A DNA stretch of 64,000 bases, taken from Hypanus sabinus (Eukaryota). The DNA lies in assembly GCF_030144855.1 (NCBI RefSeq), contig NW_026781651.1, positions 434,001-498,000 on the forward strand. Direction: 5' to 3'. Below are positions 1 to 12,811 of the stretch, piece after piece (within the stretch, counting starts at the first letter, position 1; every line of letters starts with the position of its first letter). The translations under genes and the position numbers were made by a program. The notes under the pieces were generated by a model. That model had not been told where the DNA came from. It worked only from the letters and a program-made list of their open reading frames with translations, and did not search any database.

Positions 1-550
1 TCAAGTTGGTCTCTCGAGTCTGCTCCGCCATTTAGTCATGGCTAATCCAATTTTCCTTTCTGCCCCAATGTCTTGTTTTTTTTTCTATCCATGACCTGCA
101 GAATGAAGAATCTATCACTTCCCGTCTTAAATATACATAAAGACTTGGTCTCTGCAGTTGCCCGTGGCAAGGAATTACAGGATTCAGCCCTCTCTGGCTA
201 ACGAAATTAGTTCTGTTTGCCGTTCTACAAGGACGCTCCTCTATTCTGAGGCAGCGTCCTCTGGTCCCAGACTCTCTCACCATAAATATTATCCATTCCA
301 CATCTATTCTGTCAAGATCTCTCACCATTCAATATTTCCAATGACGTCACACCTCATTTTGCAGTTTTCCTGTGAATTCCGGGCCAGAGCCAACAAACCG
401 TCTTCATATGACAAGCCGTTAAGTCCGGAAATCATTTTCGTAAACCAGGACTGAGCACTCCCTAGTTTCAGCAGATCCTTTCTAAGCGGAGGAGCACAAA
501 TCTGCTCACAACACTCAAAGTGCAGCCCTAACAGTGCTTTATAAAGTCTC
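1..550 (-). mobile_element. CR1/HER1-type LINE 3' fragment, degenerate
   Basis: Minus-strand translation resembles the CR1 ORF2 C-terminus (RLYKALLGLHFECCEQICAPPLRKD...FTKMISGLNGLSYED; MVRESGTRG..LRIEERPCRT..RTNFVSQR), followed by a typical 3' UTR toward position 1. Confidence 0.75.
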
Positions 551-1394
551 AACGTTATATTGAATCGGGCGAGTGACCACCTTCCATAGCGTTCTCTGGG
601 TTATTTCTGTGGTGGTCAAGGATGCTGGTTTTCCAAAGAATGGCCCTCCCTCTTTCTCTCCTTTCCCCATTCGGTATCAGATGATTCTCGTCCTTATCGC
701 TCTACTAAACCTGACTTGTGCTGATGCAATCAACGTTGACTTTTCCTGCCCACGGGAAACTGCAGAATGACGCGCGAAGCATCACGGGTTCAAAATGCCG
801 AAAGGCGTCCTCCCGAGGATTCACAGATACTGGATCCCGAGGGAGCAGAGTGTTCAGTTAAATGACTGGGGGTGCGAGTGTGCTGTGCGTTGCTGTTCTT
901 GTGGATCTTTCTGGTGGGTGGTGGGGTTCTGTGGTCGTTGAACAATGGGCGTCCGTTGAGCGTGAGGAGTCAGATGGGTGCTCTGGAAGTGGCTGATGTG
1001 CGGTTATGAATCAAGATTAGACACACTGATCTTGTTTTTCAGGTCAAGCCAGTCCGGAAGTGGAGATGCAGTCGCGCTGCTTATGGGCGAGGTGGTGTAT
1101 GAGGACGGCTTCAGTGGCTGACGGGTGAGGTATGAGCTGGTTGCTGTTCGATAGAGGCCCGAGGTCAATGTCAGATGCCTGAGAGTTGTGGGGTCTGCTG
1201 GGGAGGAATAGTCGCAGTGTGAGCTGACGGGGAGGTGTGGAGTCAGCGAAAATGTGGGAGGTATGTGGGCATTGGAAAATGGGGAGGTAGAGTCAGTGGA
1301 AAACAACGTAGTGGGATTTGTGGTCATTGGGGCCGTATAGGCGGATCACATTGAGTGGGGGGGCTGCTGGAGAGGGTATGGCAGCTAGGTGACT

Positions 1395-4300
1395 GTTCTG
1401 TAATTTCCTTTCTGCTGCCTTCCTCCTTTCCTAAAGAGAGGAGTAGCGTTTGCAATTTCTTAGTCCTCTGGCATCATGACAGATTTCAATGATTTTGAAA
1501 GGCCATTTCTAATGCACCAGAATCCCTAATGCTACCTCTTTCAGAACCCCAGAATGCGGTTCTTGTGATCCGTGTGACTTACGTAACTTTCTGTCTTTCA
1601 GCTCTATGGGCACCTTCTCTCTTTTAACAGTAACTGCACACATTTATCTTCCTTCACACGCCACAACATCAGGCATACAGCTAGTATCTGCCACAATGAA
1701 CACTGGTGCAAAATACTGATTTAATTCATCAGTCCCCCGTGATTATTTCTCCTGCCTCACTTTCTAGCGGTCGAATATCCATTCTCATTTCTCTTTTATT
1801 TTTAAAAGACTTGAAAAATCATTTACAATCCACTTTGATATTATTTGCTGCCTTGCTTTTATGTTTTGTCTTTTCCCTTTTAATGATCATTTTAGTTGCT
1901 CTCTGTAGGTTTAAACAAAACTTCCCAATCGTCTATCTAGCCACTAATTTTTGCTTTGCTGTTTGACCTTTCTTTTGCTTTTACAATAGCCTTGACTTCC
2001 CTTGTCAGCCATAGTTGTACTATTTTACAATTCGAGTATTTATCAAAATTTGAGATACACATGTCCTGCACATTCTTCATTTTCACAGAAACAGACGACG
2101 TTTATGCTCTGCTGACCTCCCTGGCTGTAGCTCCTACCAATCGATTGTACTTTGACCAGCTACTCTCTCGTACCACTGTGATTTCCCTTACTCCAATGAA
2201 ATACCGCTACTTCAGACTTCACTTTCTACTTATCAAATTTCAAGTAGAACACAATCATATTGTGATCAGTGCTTCCTAAGCGTTCTATTACCTTAGCTGC
2301 CAAATCGACTCACGTAACACCCAATCCAGTATACCTAAACCCCTCGAAGGTTCAACGGTAAACTGCTCTAAAGGGCTATTTCTTAGGCATTCAAAGAAAT
2401 CACTTGCTTGAGATCCATTACAAAACTGAATTTCCCAATCGGCCTGCATGTTAAAGTCACCCATGACTACCATATAATTTCCTTTTTATTCGCCTTTTCT
2501 ATTTCCTGTTGTAACCTACGGTCCAGCTCCCAGCCACTGTTGGGAGGCTGTATAAAACTGGCATCCACATTCTTTTTCCTTGCATTTTTCTTAACTCATC
2601 CCACAAGGATGCAAGATCTTCCCATACTCGATCACATCCTTTTACTAATTCTAAGGCATTCTTTCCCAGTAGACCCACATCATCCCCTCTACCTAACTTT
2701 CTATCCCTCCGATATAACATGTAACCTCGGACATTCAGTTCCCAACTGCAAACATCTTTCAGCCGCCTTTCAGTGATGGCTACAACATCATGTCTGGCAA
2801 TCTGTAATATTGCCACAATATCATCCACCTGATTTCTGATACGACGAGCATTTAGATTCAACACCTTGCTGTCCTTTCTGATCCTGCACACCTAATGATT
2901 TGTGACTCAACCTTTTGGCTGCAAATAAGTCCCATCACCTGCCTGCCCTTCCTGACAAGGTGACTGAATGCTATATTCACTTTTACCGCCCTCCCCAAAA
3001 ATGTTGTGGACCCGATCTGAGCCGTCCCATCCCTGACACCTGGGAGGCAGCATACCTTTCGTGTGTGCAGTTTACGTCCACAGTGTCTCCTGTCTGTTCC
3101 CCACACTATCGAATCCTCTATCGCTGCAGTTCCTTCTTCTGTCCCTTTCCCTTCTCCGCCACCGTCCCATGTTCTGTGCCTGTAACTAGGTTGCCGCGGC
3201 ATTCTTCCAGGACGTCACCCCTGAAAAATGTATCAAAGCGGTATACTTTCTTTTCATGGCAATGTGTCGTGGTATGGTCCGTGAAATCCGCATTCCGGTT
3301 CACTGTCCGGTCTACGTACCTTATTCCAGGTTTTCCGGGTTTCCCTAGTTTCTGTTGAGGCAGCTTATTCTTGTTTGGCTGACCTCATAAATACCTTCAG
3401 GATTACGCCTCAGGCTGCTGGATTGTTCCTGTGAAAACACCCTGTCTGCATCCCTTTCCTTTACCTTCCTGCCTGGAGCCTCTTGCCCAGATCCTCCTGT
3501 CTGCATCCCTTCCCTTCACCTTCCTCCTGGTGCCTGGTCTCCCCCTGCCTTTGCCTGGAGCCTCGCCTTGCCTCTGCCTGGAGCCCCGCCTGGCCTCGCC
3601 TTGCCTGTGTCTGGAGCCCCGCCTCACCTTGCCTGTGTTTGGAGCTTCGCCCTGTTTGGAACTGTCTGTGTCCACGCCTTCGCTCGTTAGGTCCGGCTGT
3701 TTTGCCGCTAACTAGCGTTAGGAACTGTCTCGTCGGGTTCTTTGTTCGGTGTGATGAGACCCGGCCCTAAGTCCTGTACCCAAGGAGAGGTCCCGGCTCA
3801 GTGTTCCATGCTCCTGACTCTCCTTCGTCCAAGGCTCAGTGTTCTTCGTTCTTGTCTCTTCCTCGACCATGTCAAGGCTTCGGGGCCTCATCCAGTCCTA
3901 GTCAAGGTCCTTGTCTTGTCGAAGCCACGGCTTTCTGTTCACGTCTTGTCATGTGCCACGCCCGGCCCAGGAGTACCTTGCCCAGCCCAGTGCTGGTGTT
4001 CCCACGTCCTGTTCATGAATCTCACGTCCAGTCCTGTTGCCTCCCCTCATCCTGTAACCTCGTCATGTCTTCGCCTAGTTCTGGTGTCCAAGTTCGAGTC
4101 AAGACCCAGGTTCTGTGTCCTTGTCCAGTCTCTGGCTCGAAGTCCAAGACCAAGCTCCTGGTTCCCAGTTCCATGTCCTGGTTCCGGTATCCAGGTCAAG
4201 TCCTAGCCCAGGCCCGGAATCCCTGTTTCGTCCGGTGCCTGTGTCATGTCCAGCGTCCTTTCTTCCTCTCTTCCCCTGCTTCCTTCGCACGCCTAGTCCT

Positions 4301-4790
4301 GTTCCTGGTAGTTCACTGTCTGTGTCTTGCATTTGGGTCCGGTCCCAATGCCACACCTTGTGACAAAATGGCCACGGTGTGTTCCGTTGCAACTGCCTAT
4401 TACCATTTCTCCTGACGGGCACCCAACTAATCGCCTCCTGCAACTTAGGGGTGACTACATCCCTGTAACTCGCTCTCCCGCACAAGCTGAAGGTCATCCC
4501 GTTTCCGATCCAGATCCCTAACACGGTCTTCATGGAGCTGCAGCCGGATGCATTTCATGGACACCCTGGGACCCCCAGCTCTCCAAAATCCGGCACGAAG
4601 AGCAGACCACAGGCGTCTAAATGGTCCAGTGAGAAAGAGAAAAATAACAAAAATGGAACCTTACGGACGCTTTACACAGAGCCGAAGGCTCCTTTGAGAC
4701 AAAGCCTGTCGGTTCTACACTCGCCGACTAGCCTACATGTGTGCAATGGCCGCTCCGCTGATGGCCGTCATTGTGCATGGGGATTTAGCT
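1395..4790 (-). mobile_element. CR1-clade LINE 5' half (ORF1 with esterase-like motif, ORF2 APE endonuclease), degenerate, split by a solo LTR at 3265-4365
   Basis: ORF1 motifs SYRDVVTPKLQEA..WVPVRR (about 4390-4480) and EDSIVWGTDRRHCGRKLHTRKVCCLPGVR (GDSIVRG-type esterase); endonuclease motifs LNARRIRNQ..DVVAITE..GYMLYRRDR and VVMGDFN; the host sequence rejoins across the LTR. Boundaries approximate. Confidence 0.8.
3265..4365 (+). mobile_element. Solo LTR (Gypsy-like), 1101 bp, nested in CR1 ORF1
   Basis: Begins TGTCG, ends TGACA; flanked by CAATG / AAATG (target-site duplication with one mismatch); ATAAATA near 3387; CTTGCATTTGGGTCC near the 3' end; internal GC-rich short repeats (CCTGGAGCC..CGCC). 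Confidence 0.75.
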
Positions 4791-4879
4791 TATCGGTGGA
4801 CGTTTAGTGATAATTTATTAACAAATGCACTTTCAATCTTGTACTTTATACAGTACCTGTTTGGTTGTTTAAGTCGGAT

Positions 4880-6240
4880 TTGTGATCTGCTGGAAATGTT
4901 TCTTGCACTGGGATAATCTAATGTGCAAGTGCGTATGTCAGCAGCTTTGGGGGCGCATACGGATTACGTCGTGCCCACATATTGATGAGAATGACGCCGA
5001 GTATATGCGCACAGGGATTTTAGGGGTGCGTGCGTGTTTGTGGTGCACGCGCTTTGGTGATGTCCGCAGGTTTAGGTGTCGGTCGGCGCATATGGGTGCA
5101 CATGGATTTGTGGGTGCCAGTCGATTTCGAGCTGTTCAAATCTCAAAGTCGTTTCATTTATTTGAGTTTTAATAACAACTGATCTTTAAACGTTGAACTT
5201 TGTTCTAGCTATTTCTTTCAGGTGAAGGCTGCTATTTTGTGAATGATTCTTTTGGGGAAATCGAATGTGCACCCCTGGGTTTCAGTCGGGTTGACGGTGT
5301 ACACGGTCTTCGGGTGCTCACAGATTCCGGGATGTGGTGTATTTGTGGTCGTGTCGAATCTCAAGCGCGTCCTCACGGATTTCTGAGCAATTGTGGATTT
5401 GGAGTAATGCCAAATATCAAGGTTATTTCTTTTACACACACTTCAATAAATAATGCACCTTAACGTTCCATTTCGATTCTTTGATGTTGTTAATGTGGAT
5501 TAAGCTATCTTGAGAAAAGTTTGAAATGATTCTCGCTCTGGGAGAAACATTTGTACTTATAGGGCCGCCTTCGAATTTGGAGCTGCGCAGAGATTTGGAG
5601 ATATACGCGGCAGGTTTGGGTACATGCGGATTTGGTGATGTCGGTGGATCGTGATGTGTGATGAATCTCAAGGTCGTATCGTTGATAGATATATTCATAA
5701 TAAGTGTACATAGAGCAAAACTTAGTTCTAGATTTTGGACGTTGAGGCAGCTATTTTGTGAAATGCATGAAGTGACTCTTGCTTTTGCATAATCCAATGG
5801 GCATGTGAACCTGTCATCGGGTTTGGCATGCAGATGGGTTTAGGTGTGCGCTCTCATTTCGACATGTGCGCAGTTTTATGCATCTTGTGTCGAACATGGA
5901 GTTACACACGGATTTTGGGTTACACCGGGTTTCGGTGTTTCGGCGGATTTGCAGTTCCAGACGGATTTGGGATGCGTGCGGATTTTTATTCTGGAAACAA
6001 TCGTTTTCTGTGCCGTTTGAAATGAGTCTTGCACGGAGAAAATCTATTATGGATTTTGGAGTGTCAGCCTGTTAGGAGTGTCAGCCAGCTTTAGGGCGGT
6101 GTCGGCAAATATGGGGATGCACATTGGTTTAAGGATGCGAACAGATTCAGTGATGCAACCGCCAGTATGAAGGTGCACGTCTGTGGTGTCAGCGGATTCA
6201 GAGTTGTGCCGTATCTCCAGGTTGTTTCATTTACAAATGT
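4880..6240. repeat. Highly decayed tandem repeat, period roughly 240-350 bp, with ~20 bp GGATTT(G)GG subrepeats
   Basis: Recurring variants of GAAATG(A/T)NTCTTGC at ~4890, 5240, 5520, 5760 and 6020, and of AATCTCAAGGTCGT at ~5140, 5360, 5415, 5665 and 6212. Confidence 0.45.
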
Positions 6241-6629
6241 CTCCAACCTCAGCAATGGGACGCTCGGCTTGCGGTTCACCACGCTCGCCTACAATATCCT
6301 CCCCTTGGAAAGCATGGAAAGCACACTGCCCCCTGTACAATCCTAACCCCGTATCGTAATTACGTTACCAAACACGGGCTTAGACACTCAACGCACTGTA
6401 ACAATGCTGAGTAATCATATAAGCCTCGAACAAAATCAATCCTGGAGGAGCCGCAGAATCAAAACGCGCGGTTTCCTTGGCTGCACAGGTCTAGGGAAGA
6501 CAGTCTCCGTTCCCGCTAAACGCTTGTGATTTAGAGAGCTTTCCCGCCCTAAACCCTGGTTTGTGTGGATACCGTACATTGATACCCTGTTAGAAATTAT
6601 TGGCACGTAATTACAAACTGTACCCGGCA

Positions 6630-9600
6630 TCAGGACTAGAGACAGATTTCGATGTTGGGTGAAGTGGAGGAAGAACCAAAAGTGGATGCGTGAAACCGGG
6701 ATGGGGGCAGTGGTGAGGTAACGAGCTGGGAGGTTAAAGGGTGGAGAAGAGGAATCTAATAGTAGAAGACAGAAGGCCATAGAAGAAAAAAAAGGTGGAG
6801 GAGGACCAGGGGGTAGTTAGTGGCGGGGGCAGATAAGGTTAGCGAGGGCAATCGGAATGGGGAATGTTGCAGTAGCGGAACATTGCAAGAGCTTCGAAAA
6901 ATCGATATTCCTGCCATCTGGTTGAAGGCGACACAGGCTCCACAAGAACAATGAATGTGGCCTCACTCCGACAGTAGAGGAGGCCATGGACGGGCAGGTC
7001 AGAATGGAAATGGGAAGTGGAATTTAAGTAGGTGGCTACTGGAAGGTCCCGCTTTTTCTGATGGACGGAACGGATGTGCTCGGTGAAGCAGTTTCCCAAT
7101 CAACGTCCAGTATCACAGATATACAAGAGGCCACACCGGAGCAGCAGGGACAATTAACGACCCAACACACCCAGAGTTGAAGTGCCGCCTCACCTAGGAG
7201 GACAGTATGAGGACCTGAATATTAGTGAGGGATAATGTGCAGGGGAGGGTATATCAATTTTTCAGATTGCAAGGTAAGTGCCAGGAAGGAGATCAGTGAC
7301 GACAGTCGCGTAGGAAGAGATCCCTGGAAAGCGCAGACTGGGAGTAGGGGAAGGGAAGATGTGCTTGTTGTTGGGATCACGTTAGTAATGTTAGTAATGG
7401 CGGAATTACAGAAAATTATGTGCTGGACGCGGTGACTGGTGAGATGGCAGGTCCCTATCCTTAGTGAGGTGGCGGGATGTTGGTGTGAGGACAGACTTGT
7501 GCGAAATGGAAGAAACGACTTTGAGGACAGCGTTGATGGTGCAGGAAGGGAAGCACCCTTCTCTGAAGAAGAAAGAATCATCTCCGTTGTTCTGAAATGA
7601 AAAGCCCCAGGATGAGAACGTAAGCGGCGGAGGGGGGAGGAGTTGAGAGAAGGGGATGACATTTTTACCAGTAGCAGGATGGGTGAAATATAGTCCAGGT
7701 AGCTGTGTGAGTCGATGGGTTTATGATGTACGACAGCAGATAAGCTGGCTCAGGAGACAGAGAAAGGGAGATTGAGAAGGGGATGAAATTTTTACCAGTA
7801 ACAGGATGGGTGAAGTATAGTCCAGGTAGCTGTGTGAGTCGATGGATTTGGGATGTACGACAGCAGATAAGCTGGCTCAGGAGACAGAGAAAGGGAGATT
7901 GAGAAGGGGATGACATTTTTACCAGTAACAGGATGGGTGAAGTATAGTCCAGGTAGCTGTGTGAGTCGATGGATTTGGGATGTACGACAGCAGATAAGCT
8001 GGCTCAGGAGACAGAGAAAGGGAGATTGAGAAGGGGATGACATTTTTACCAGTAACAGGATGGGTGAAGTATAGTCCAGGTAGCTGTGTGAGTCGATGGA
8101 TTTGGGATGTACGACAGCAGATAAGCTGGCTCAGGAGACAGAGAAAGGGAGATTGAGAAGGGGATGACATTTTTACCAGTAACAGGATGGGTGAAATATA
8201 TTCCAGGTAGCTGTGTGAGTCGATGGGTTTATGATGTACGACAGCAGATAAGCTGGCTCAGGAGACAGAGAAAGGGAGATTGAGAAGGGGATGACATTTT
8301 TACCAGTAACAGGATGGGTGAAGTATAGTCCAGGTAGCTGTGTGAGTCGATGGGTTTGGGATGTACGACAGCAGATAAGCTGGCTCAGGAGACAGAGAAA
8401 GGGAGATTGAGAAGGGGATGACATTTTTACCAGTAACAGGATGGGTGAAGTATAGTCCAGGTAGCTGTGTGAGTCGATGGGTTTGGGATGTACGACAGCA
8501 GATAAGCTGGCTCAGGAGACAGAGAAAGGGAGATTGAGAAGGGGATGACATTTTTACCAGTAACAGGATGGGTGAAGTATAGTCCAGGTAGCTGTGTGAG
8601 TCGATGGATTTGGGATGTACGACAGCAGATAAGCTGGCTCAGGAGACAGAGAAAGGGAGATTGAGAAGGGGATGACATTTTTACCAGTAACAGGATGGGT
8701 GAAGTATAGTCCAGGTAGCTGTGTGAGTCGATGGATTTGGGATGTACGACAGCAGATAAGCTGGCTCAGGAGACAGAGAAAGGGAGATTGAGAAGGGGAT
8801 GACATTTTTACCAGTAACAGGATGGGTGAAATATATTCCAGGTAGCTGTGTGAGTCGATGGATTTGGGATGTACGACAGCAGATAAGCTGGCTCAGGAGA
8901 CAGAGAAAGGGAGATTGAGAAGGGGATGACATTTTTACCAGTAACAGGATGGGTGAAATATATTCCAGGTAGCTGTGTGAGTCGATGGGTTTATGATGTA
9001 CGACAGCAGATAAGCTGGCTCAGGAGACAGAGAATGGGAGATTGAGAAGGGGATGACATTTTTACCAGTAACAGGATGGGTGAAGTATAGTGCAGGGAGC
9101 TGTGTGAGTCGATGGGTTTGGGATGTACGACAGCAGATAAGCTGGCTCAGGAGACAGAGAAAGGGAGATTGAGAAGGGGATGACATTTTTACCAGTAACA
9201 GGATGGGTGAAGTATAGTCCAGGTAGCTGTGTGAGTCGATGGATTTGGGATGTACGTCAGCAGATAAGCTGGCTCAGGAGACAGAGAAAGGGAGATTGAG
9301 AAGGGGATGACATTTTTACCAGTAACAGGATGGGTGAAGTATAGTCCAGGGAGCTGTGTGAGTCGGTGGGTTTATGATGTACGACAGCAGATAAGCTGGC
9401 TCAGGAGACAGAGAAAGGGAGATTGAGAAGGGGATGACATTTTTACCTGTAACAGGATGGGTGAAGTATAGCCCAGGGAGCTGTGTGAGTCGGTGGGTTT
9501 ATGGTGTACGACAGCAGATAAGCTGGCTCAGGAGACAGAGAAAGGGAGATTGAGAAGGGGATGACATTTTTACCAGTAACAGGATGGGTGAAGTATAGTG

Positions 9601-10200
9601 CAGGGAGCTGTGTGAGTCGATGGGTTTGGGATGTACGACAGCAGATAAGCTGGCTCAGGAGACAGAGAAAGGGAGATTGAGAAGGGGATGACATTTTTAC
9701 CAGTAACAGGATGGGTGAAGTATAGTCCAGGTAGCTGTGTGAATCGATGGATTTGGGATGTACGACAGCAGATAAGCTGGCTCAGGAGACAGAGAAAGGG
9801 AGATTGAGAAGGGGATGACATTTTTACCAGTAACAGGATGGGTGAAGTATAGTCCAGGTAGCTGTGTGAGTCAATGGGGTTGGGATGTACGACAGTAGAT
9901 AGGCTGGCTCAGGAGACAGAGAAAGGGAGATTGAGAAGGGGAGTGAGCTGTTGGAAACTGATCAGGTAAAACAAAATGCGCGATGGAAATTGGAGCTGGT
10001 TGATGAAGCCAACGAGCAGCGTGCAGGAAGCGGCAGCCATGCTGTCTTCAGTGTCGCGCGGGAGAAGTCGGACAGTGACGCCTGTGTCGGCTGCGAACAC
10101 GGACCGTTCCGCGTAGCCAACAAAACGGCAGGAAAGGCTGGGATCCATGTGAGCGCCCATGGCCACAAGGGTCTTCAAAGTGTGGGGAGGGGGGTCGGTG
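6630..10200 (-). mobile_element. Penelope-like retroelement (RT plus GIY-YIG endonuclease), degenerate, with internal tandem expansion
   Basis: RT motifs VAMGAHMDPSLSCRFVGYAE...LLPRDTEDSMAAAS (PLE consensus GVAMGTRMGPSYACLFVG..RYIDD) at ~9960-10170; GIY-YIG region GNCFTEHIRSVHQKKRDLPVATYLNSTSH at ~6950-7130. Confidence 0.85.
7647..9942. repeat. Tandem array of 18 x 127 bp units
   Basis: GAGAAGGGGA recurs every 127 bp from 7647 to 9933 (2286 bp = 18 units); units are near-identical; ORF-track hits recur with a 127 bp offset. Confidence 0.97.
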
Positions 10201-10999
10201 TGAAATGTGAAAATTTTTACAGGTCCTGTACCTGTCATCCGTTCAGCGGTAATTGCCAGTTCAACATATTTATTCGAATCAAATCTGAGTTGGGTCTGGA
10301 TAACCACTGTCATTACTGCCTCTGATATCTGCGATTCGCGCTTAGTAGTATGGTTTAGCTGACGGACGTGTTTATATTCAGATATGACCGTTATGTTTGC
10401 GATTGACAGGATAAGGAGCGACACTCTCACTGTGAACGATAAAGTGATGCAACTGCATGAGCAGCTTAATTAATGTGAGGAAATGTCACCACTAGTAGAA
10501 CTATTTATGTGTCTGGAGAAGACCCCGTCACATCAGAATCCTCCAAGTATAAACACGATACAATGTGATTCTTAAAAATAAAACAGCGAGCTTTACTGTC
10601 AACTGTTTGGGCTATTCCCGGTATTATTGCGATCAGAATAACAACAATTAATGTTAAATGCGTCTATCTTCCTCCGTCTGTGTGGCCACTCGATGGGGCC
10701 CTTGTTCAAAAATATCTCTCCTCCAAACTCGATAATATCTATCTCATAACAGCTTTCAGGAGAATTATGTCATCGGCAACAGTAACATACTGGTCTGACA
10801 GGGATTGTAGATGACATCATTGAAGACAATGGGTTTTGACGATTGTAACTGGATGGAATATCAGCATTTTATTTCTTGCAAGTCAGCGGACATTGGAAAT
10901 GCAGTGTGTCGCCAGTGTGATCTCCGTTGTCCTTGAATAACCAGTACCTGCTGGAAATAATGTCTGCAGTGTGGTTACAGGAATAAGGGAGACTTGTGA

Positions 11000-11600
11000 G
11001 CACCGCTGGTAAACAATGGAGACGCGCAGTGGATGATCAGCAGAAACCGGAGATGGGGGAGGGGAAATCCAGCCTGGTGGTAGAGTGGCTATGGAGATGG
11101 TCGAAGCTACGGTAAAATATCTTGCATGCGGAGGCTCATGGCGTGTTACCTGAGGACAAGGAGACCCAATCTCTTTTATTATTCTGGGTGGTATGGAGTG
11201 ATGTTACCTGAGGGAAATGCATCAGAGAATGGAGATAGAAGCATCGATCGTGGTGGAAGGGAATCTCCATTGACTGTAAAATGTCTGGAGATGAAATTCT
11301 CATCAAAGGAAATGATAGAATGGAATAGCACTTTTGCGAGTGTCCGTTTTTCAGTTGGTATCTTCAGGATAACTGTTAGAGTCAGTTGCATGGCTTTGGA
11401 GAAGATGTCGGTAGATAATCTCTCCCTGGAGTTGGGAACAGAGATCTCGAGAGACAAGAATGGTGTCAGACCGGGTACAACCTGATCTGCGGGCGGTGTG
11501 GCAAATTGTAGGCCATGTACATGAGAAGGACGAGCTCATTGTGGCTGCAGGAAGAGGCACCAATTCAGTTGTCAATGGACTTGTAGCATCAATTCAGCCG
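11000..11600 (-). mobile_element. Older Penelope-like RT fragment
   Basis: SLEISVPNSRERLSTDIFSK...SFDENFISR matches the PLE RT segment FLDLSVSISGDRLSTDIFYK...DEAFHSR, which is also present in the 6.6-10.2 kb element. Confidence 0.6.
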
Positions 11601-11918
11601 CCACTGTCGGGAATGAACGGGTTGTTTCGGGAACACTGATGCCCTCGCAGGAATATGGCCTTGCAGCTGGACCAACGTATCGGGAGAACAGAGGAATGTA
11701 CGGTGGAACCATGGGGCGAAATGCACTACAATCAGTAGGGCAAAGAAGGGAAATGAGCAGGCGAATTCGGGACCAGCATTGCGGCTGCATAAGGGGCTTG
11801 TCAATGCAATTTCCGCTTGTGAGGTGTGATAGGAATAAAGATACGCTAGGCCAAGAGGGACAGAAAGTGCCCGCAATATATAGAACCTCGTGTTATCTGG
11901 ACGGGCGACGCCACTAAG

Positions 11919-12811
11919 TCACGACTTTTTCGGAACAATGAGGGCAAGCGGAGATTTTACCACATTCTTTAGCTGCACCCTGAACTTGGCCTGTGTAACG
12001 GCGTAAAGGGCCGTGTTCGTACAACAGCTCAGAAGCTGCAGAATGATGCCCAGCTCTCGAAGGGAATCTGGCGGAAGCAAACGTATGGGAAGATAACTCA
12101 GCCGATCCCACGCAGAGAACACACTGAAAGGTGCCCACAACAGGATGAAATTACCCGAGACCATCAGCAATAAAACGAGGGATTTCCTGCGTTTCTCCAT
12201 CTCCGGGTCTCTGGCACTCTGTCCGTTACCGGGAACTCTGAGTCTCCTGCGGGCTCTGCTGGTGATTAAGACGTGCCTGACAGTGAGGCCGTTCGTCAGC
12301 AGAATCAGCACAAATGGGAGTACAGGGGTGAGGAAGGAATAAAATATGTCAATTTGATTCGTGTAATTGAAATTATGATATCTCTGTTGACAAATGAATG
12401 GAGCAATTATCCATGTGTATTCCTCTGACAGTCGAAAATACCAGTAAATATTCTTTAAATTGCTGATCACAGTCACTGTCCCCAAAACCACGGCCGCAGT
12501 TTTCCGCGTACAATATTTTGTCTTCATCTTTTGGCAACAAATAGCGACAAACCGATCCAAGGTGAACGTGACTGTGAACCAGACCGAACAGTCGGTTGCG
12601 GTGTAAATCAGAGCAGCGTGGACATTACACACCTTGGGCATTGAACGGGCGAAAACGAAGCGATGAATGTACCTAAGAGGAATCTTGCTCAATATCAGGT
12701 CCAGGATAAGAACCAGAAGATCCGCCGCTGCCATGGCAACCAGATAGCACGTGACAACTCTGGAGAGGCCGCACTTTCTCCGAGACAGGATGAATATGGT
12801 CACCATGTTCA
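11919..12811 (-). CDS. Class A orphan GPCR, GPR139/GPR142-like, exon 2 (TM1 end to TM7 and C-tail); gene 11919-15643, 356 aa, apparently intact
   Basis: Open frame with hydrophobic TM segments; LSRRKCGLS, YLVAMAAADLL (TM2), TM3 Cys, DRFVAICC (DRY variant), ECL2 Cys, LLWAP (TM6), CTNTALY (NPxxY variant); acceptor ttctgtttggcag at 12812; phase-1 junction G+TG = Val. Confidence 0.93.

Noticed and set aside
1004-1327. Ser/Thr/Pro-rich 107-aa ORF (mucin-like)
   Set aside because: Composition follows from the G-rich opposite strand; no splice context or family motif was recognised
3403-4415. Several overlapping Pro/Leu/Ser/Cys-rich ORFs up to 204 aa
   Set aside because: Low-complexity reading of the solo LTR's internal repeats; no domain motifs
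7665-9821. Series of 83-aa ORFs (MSSPSQSPFLCLLSQ...) suggesting a tandem small-protein family or a CRISPR-like array
   Set aside because: These are off-frame readings of the 127 bp tandem unit; there are no unique spacers, and the unit derives from Penelope RT
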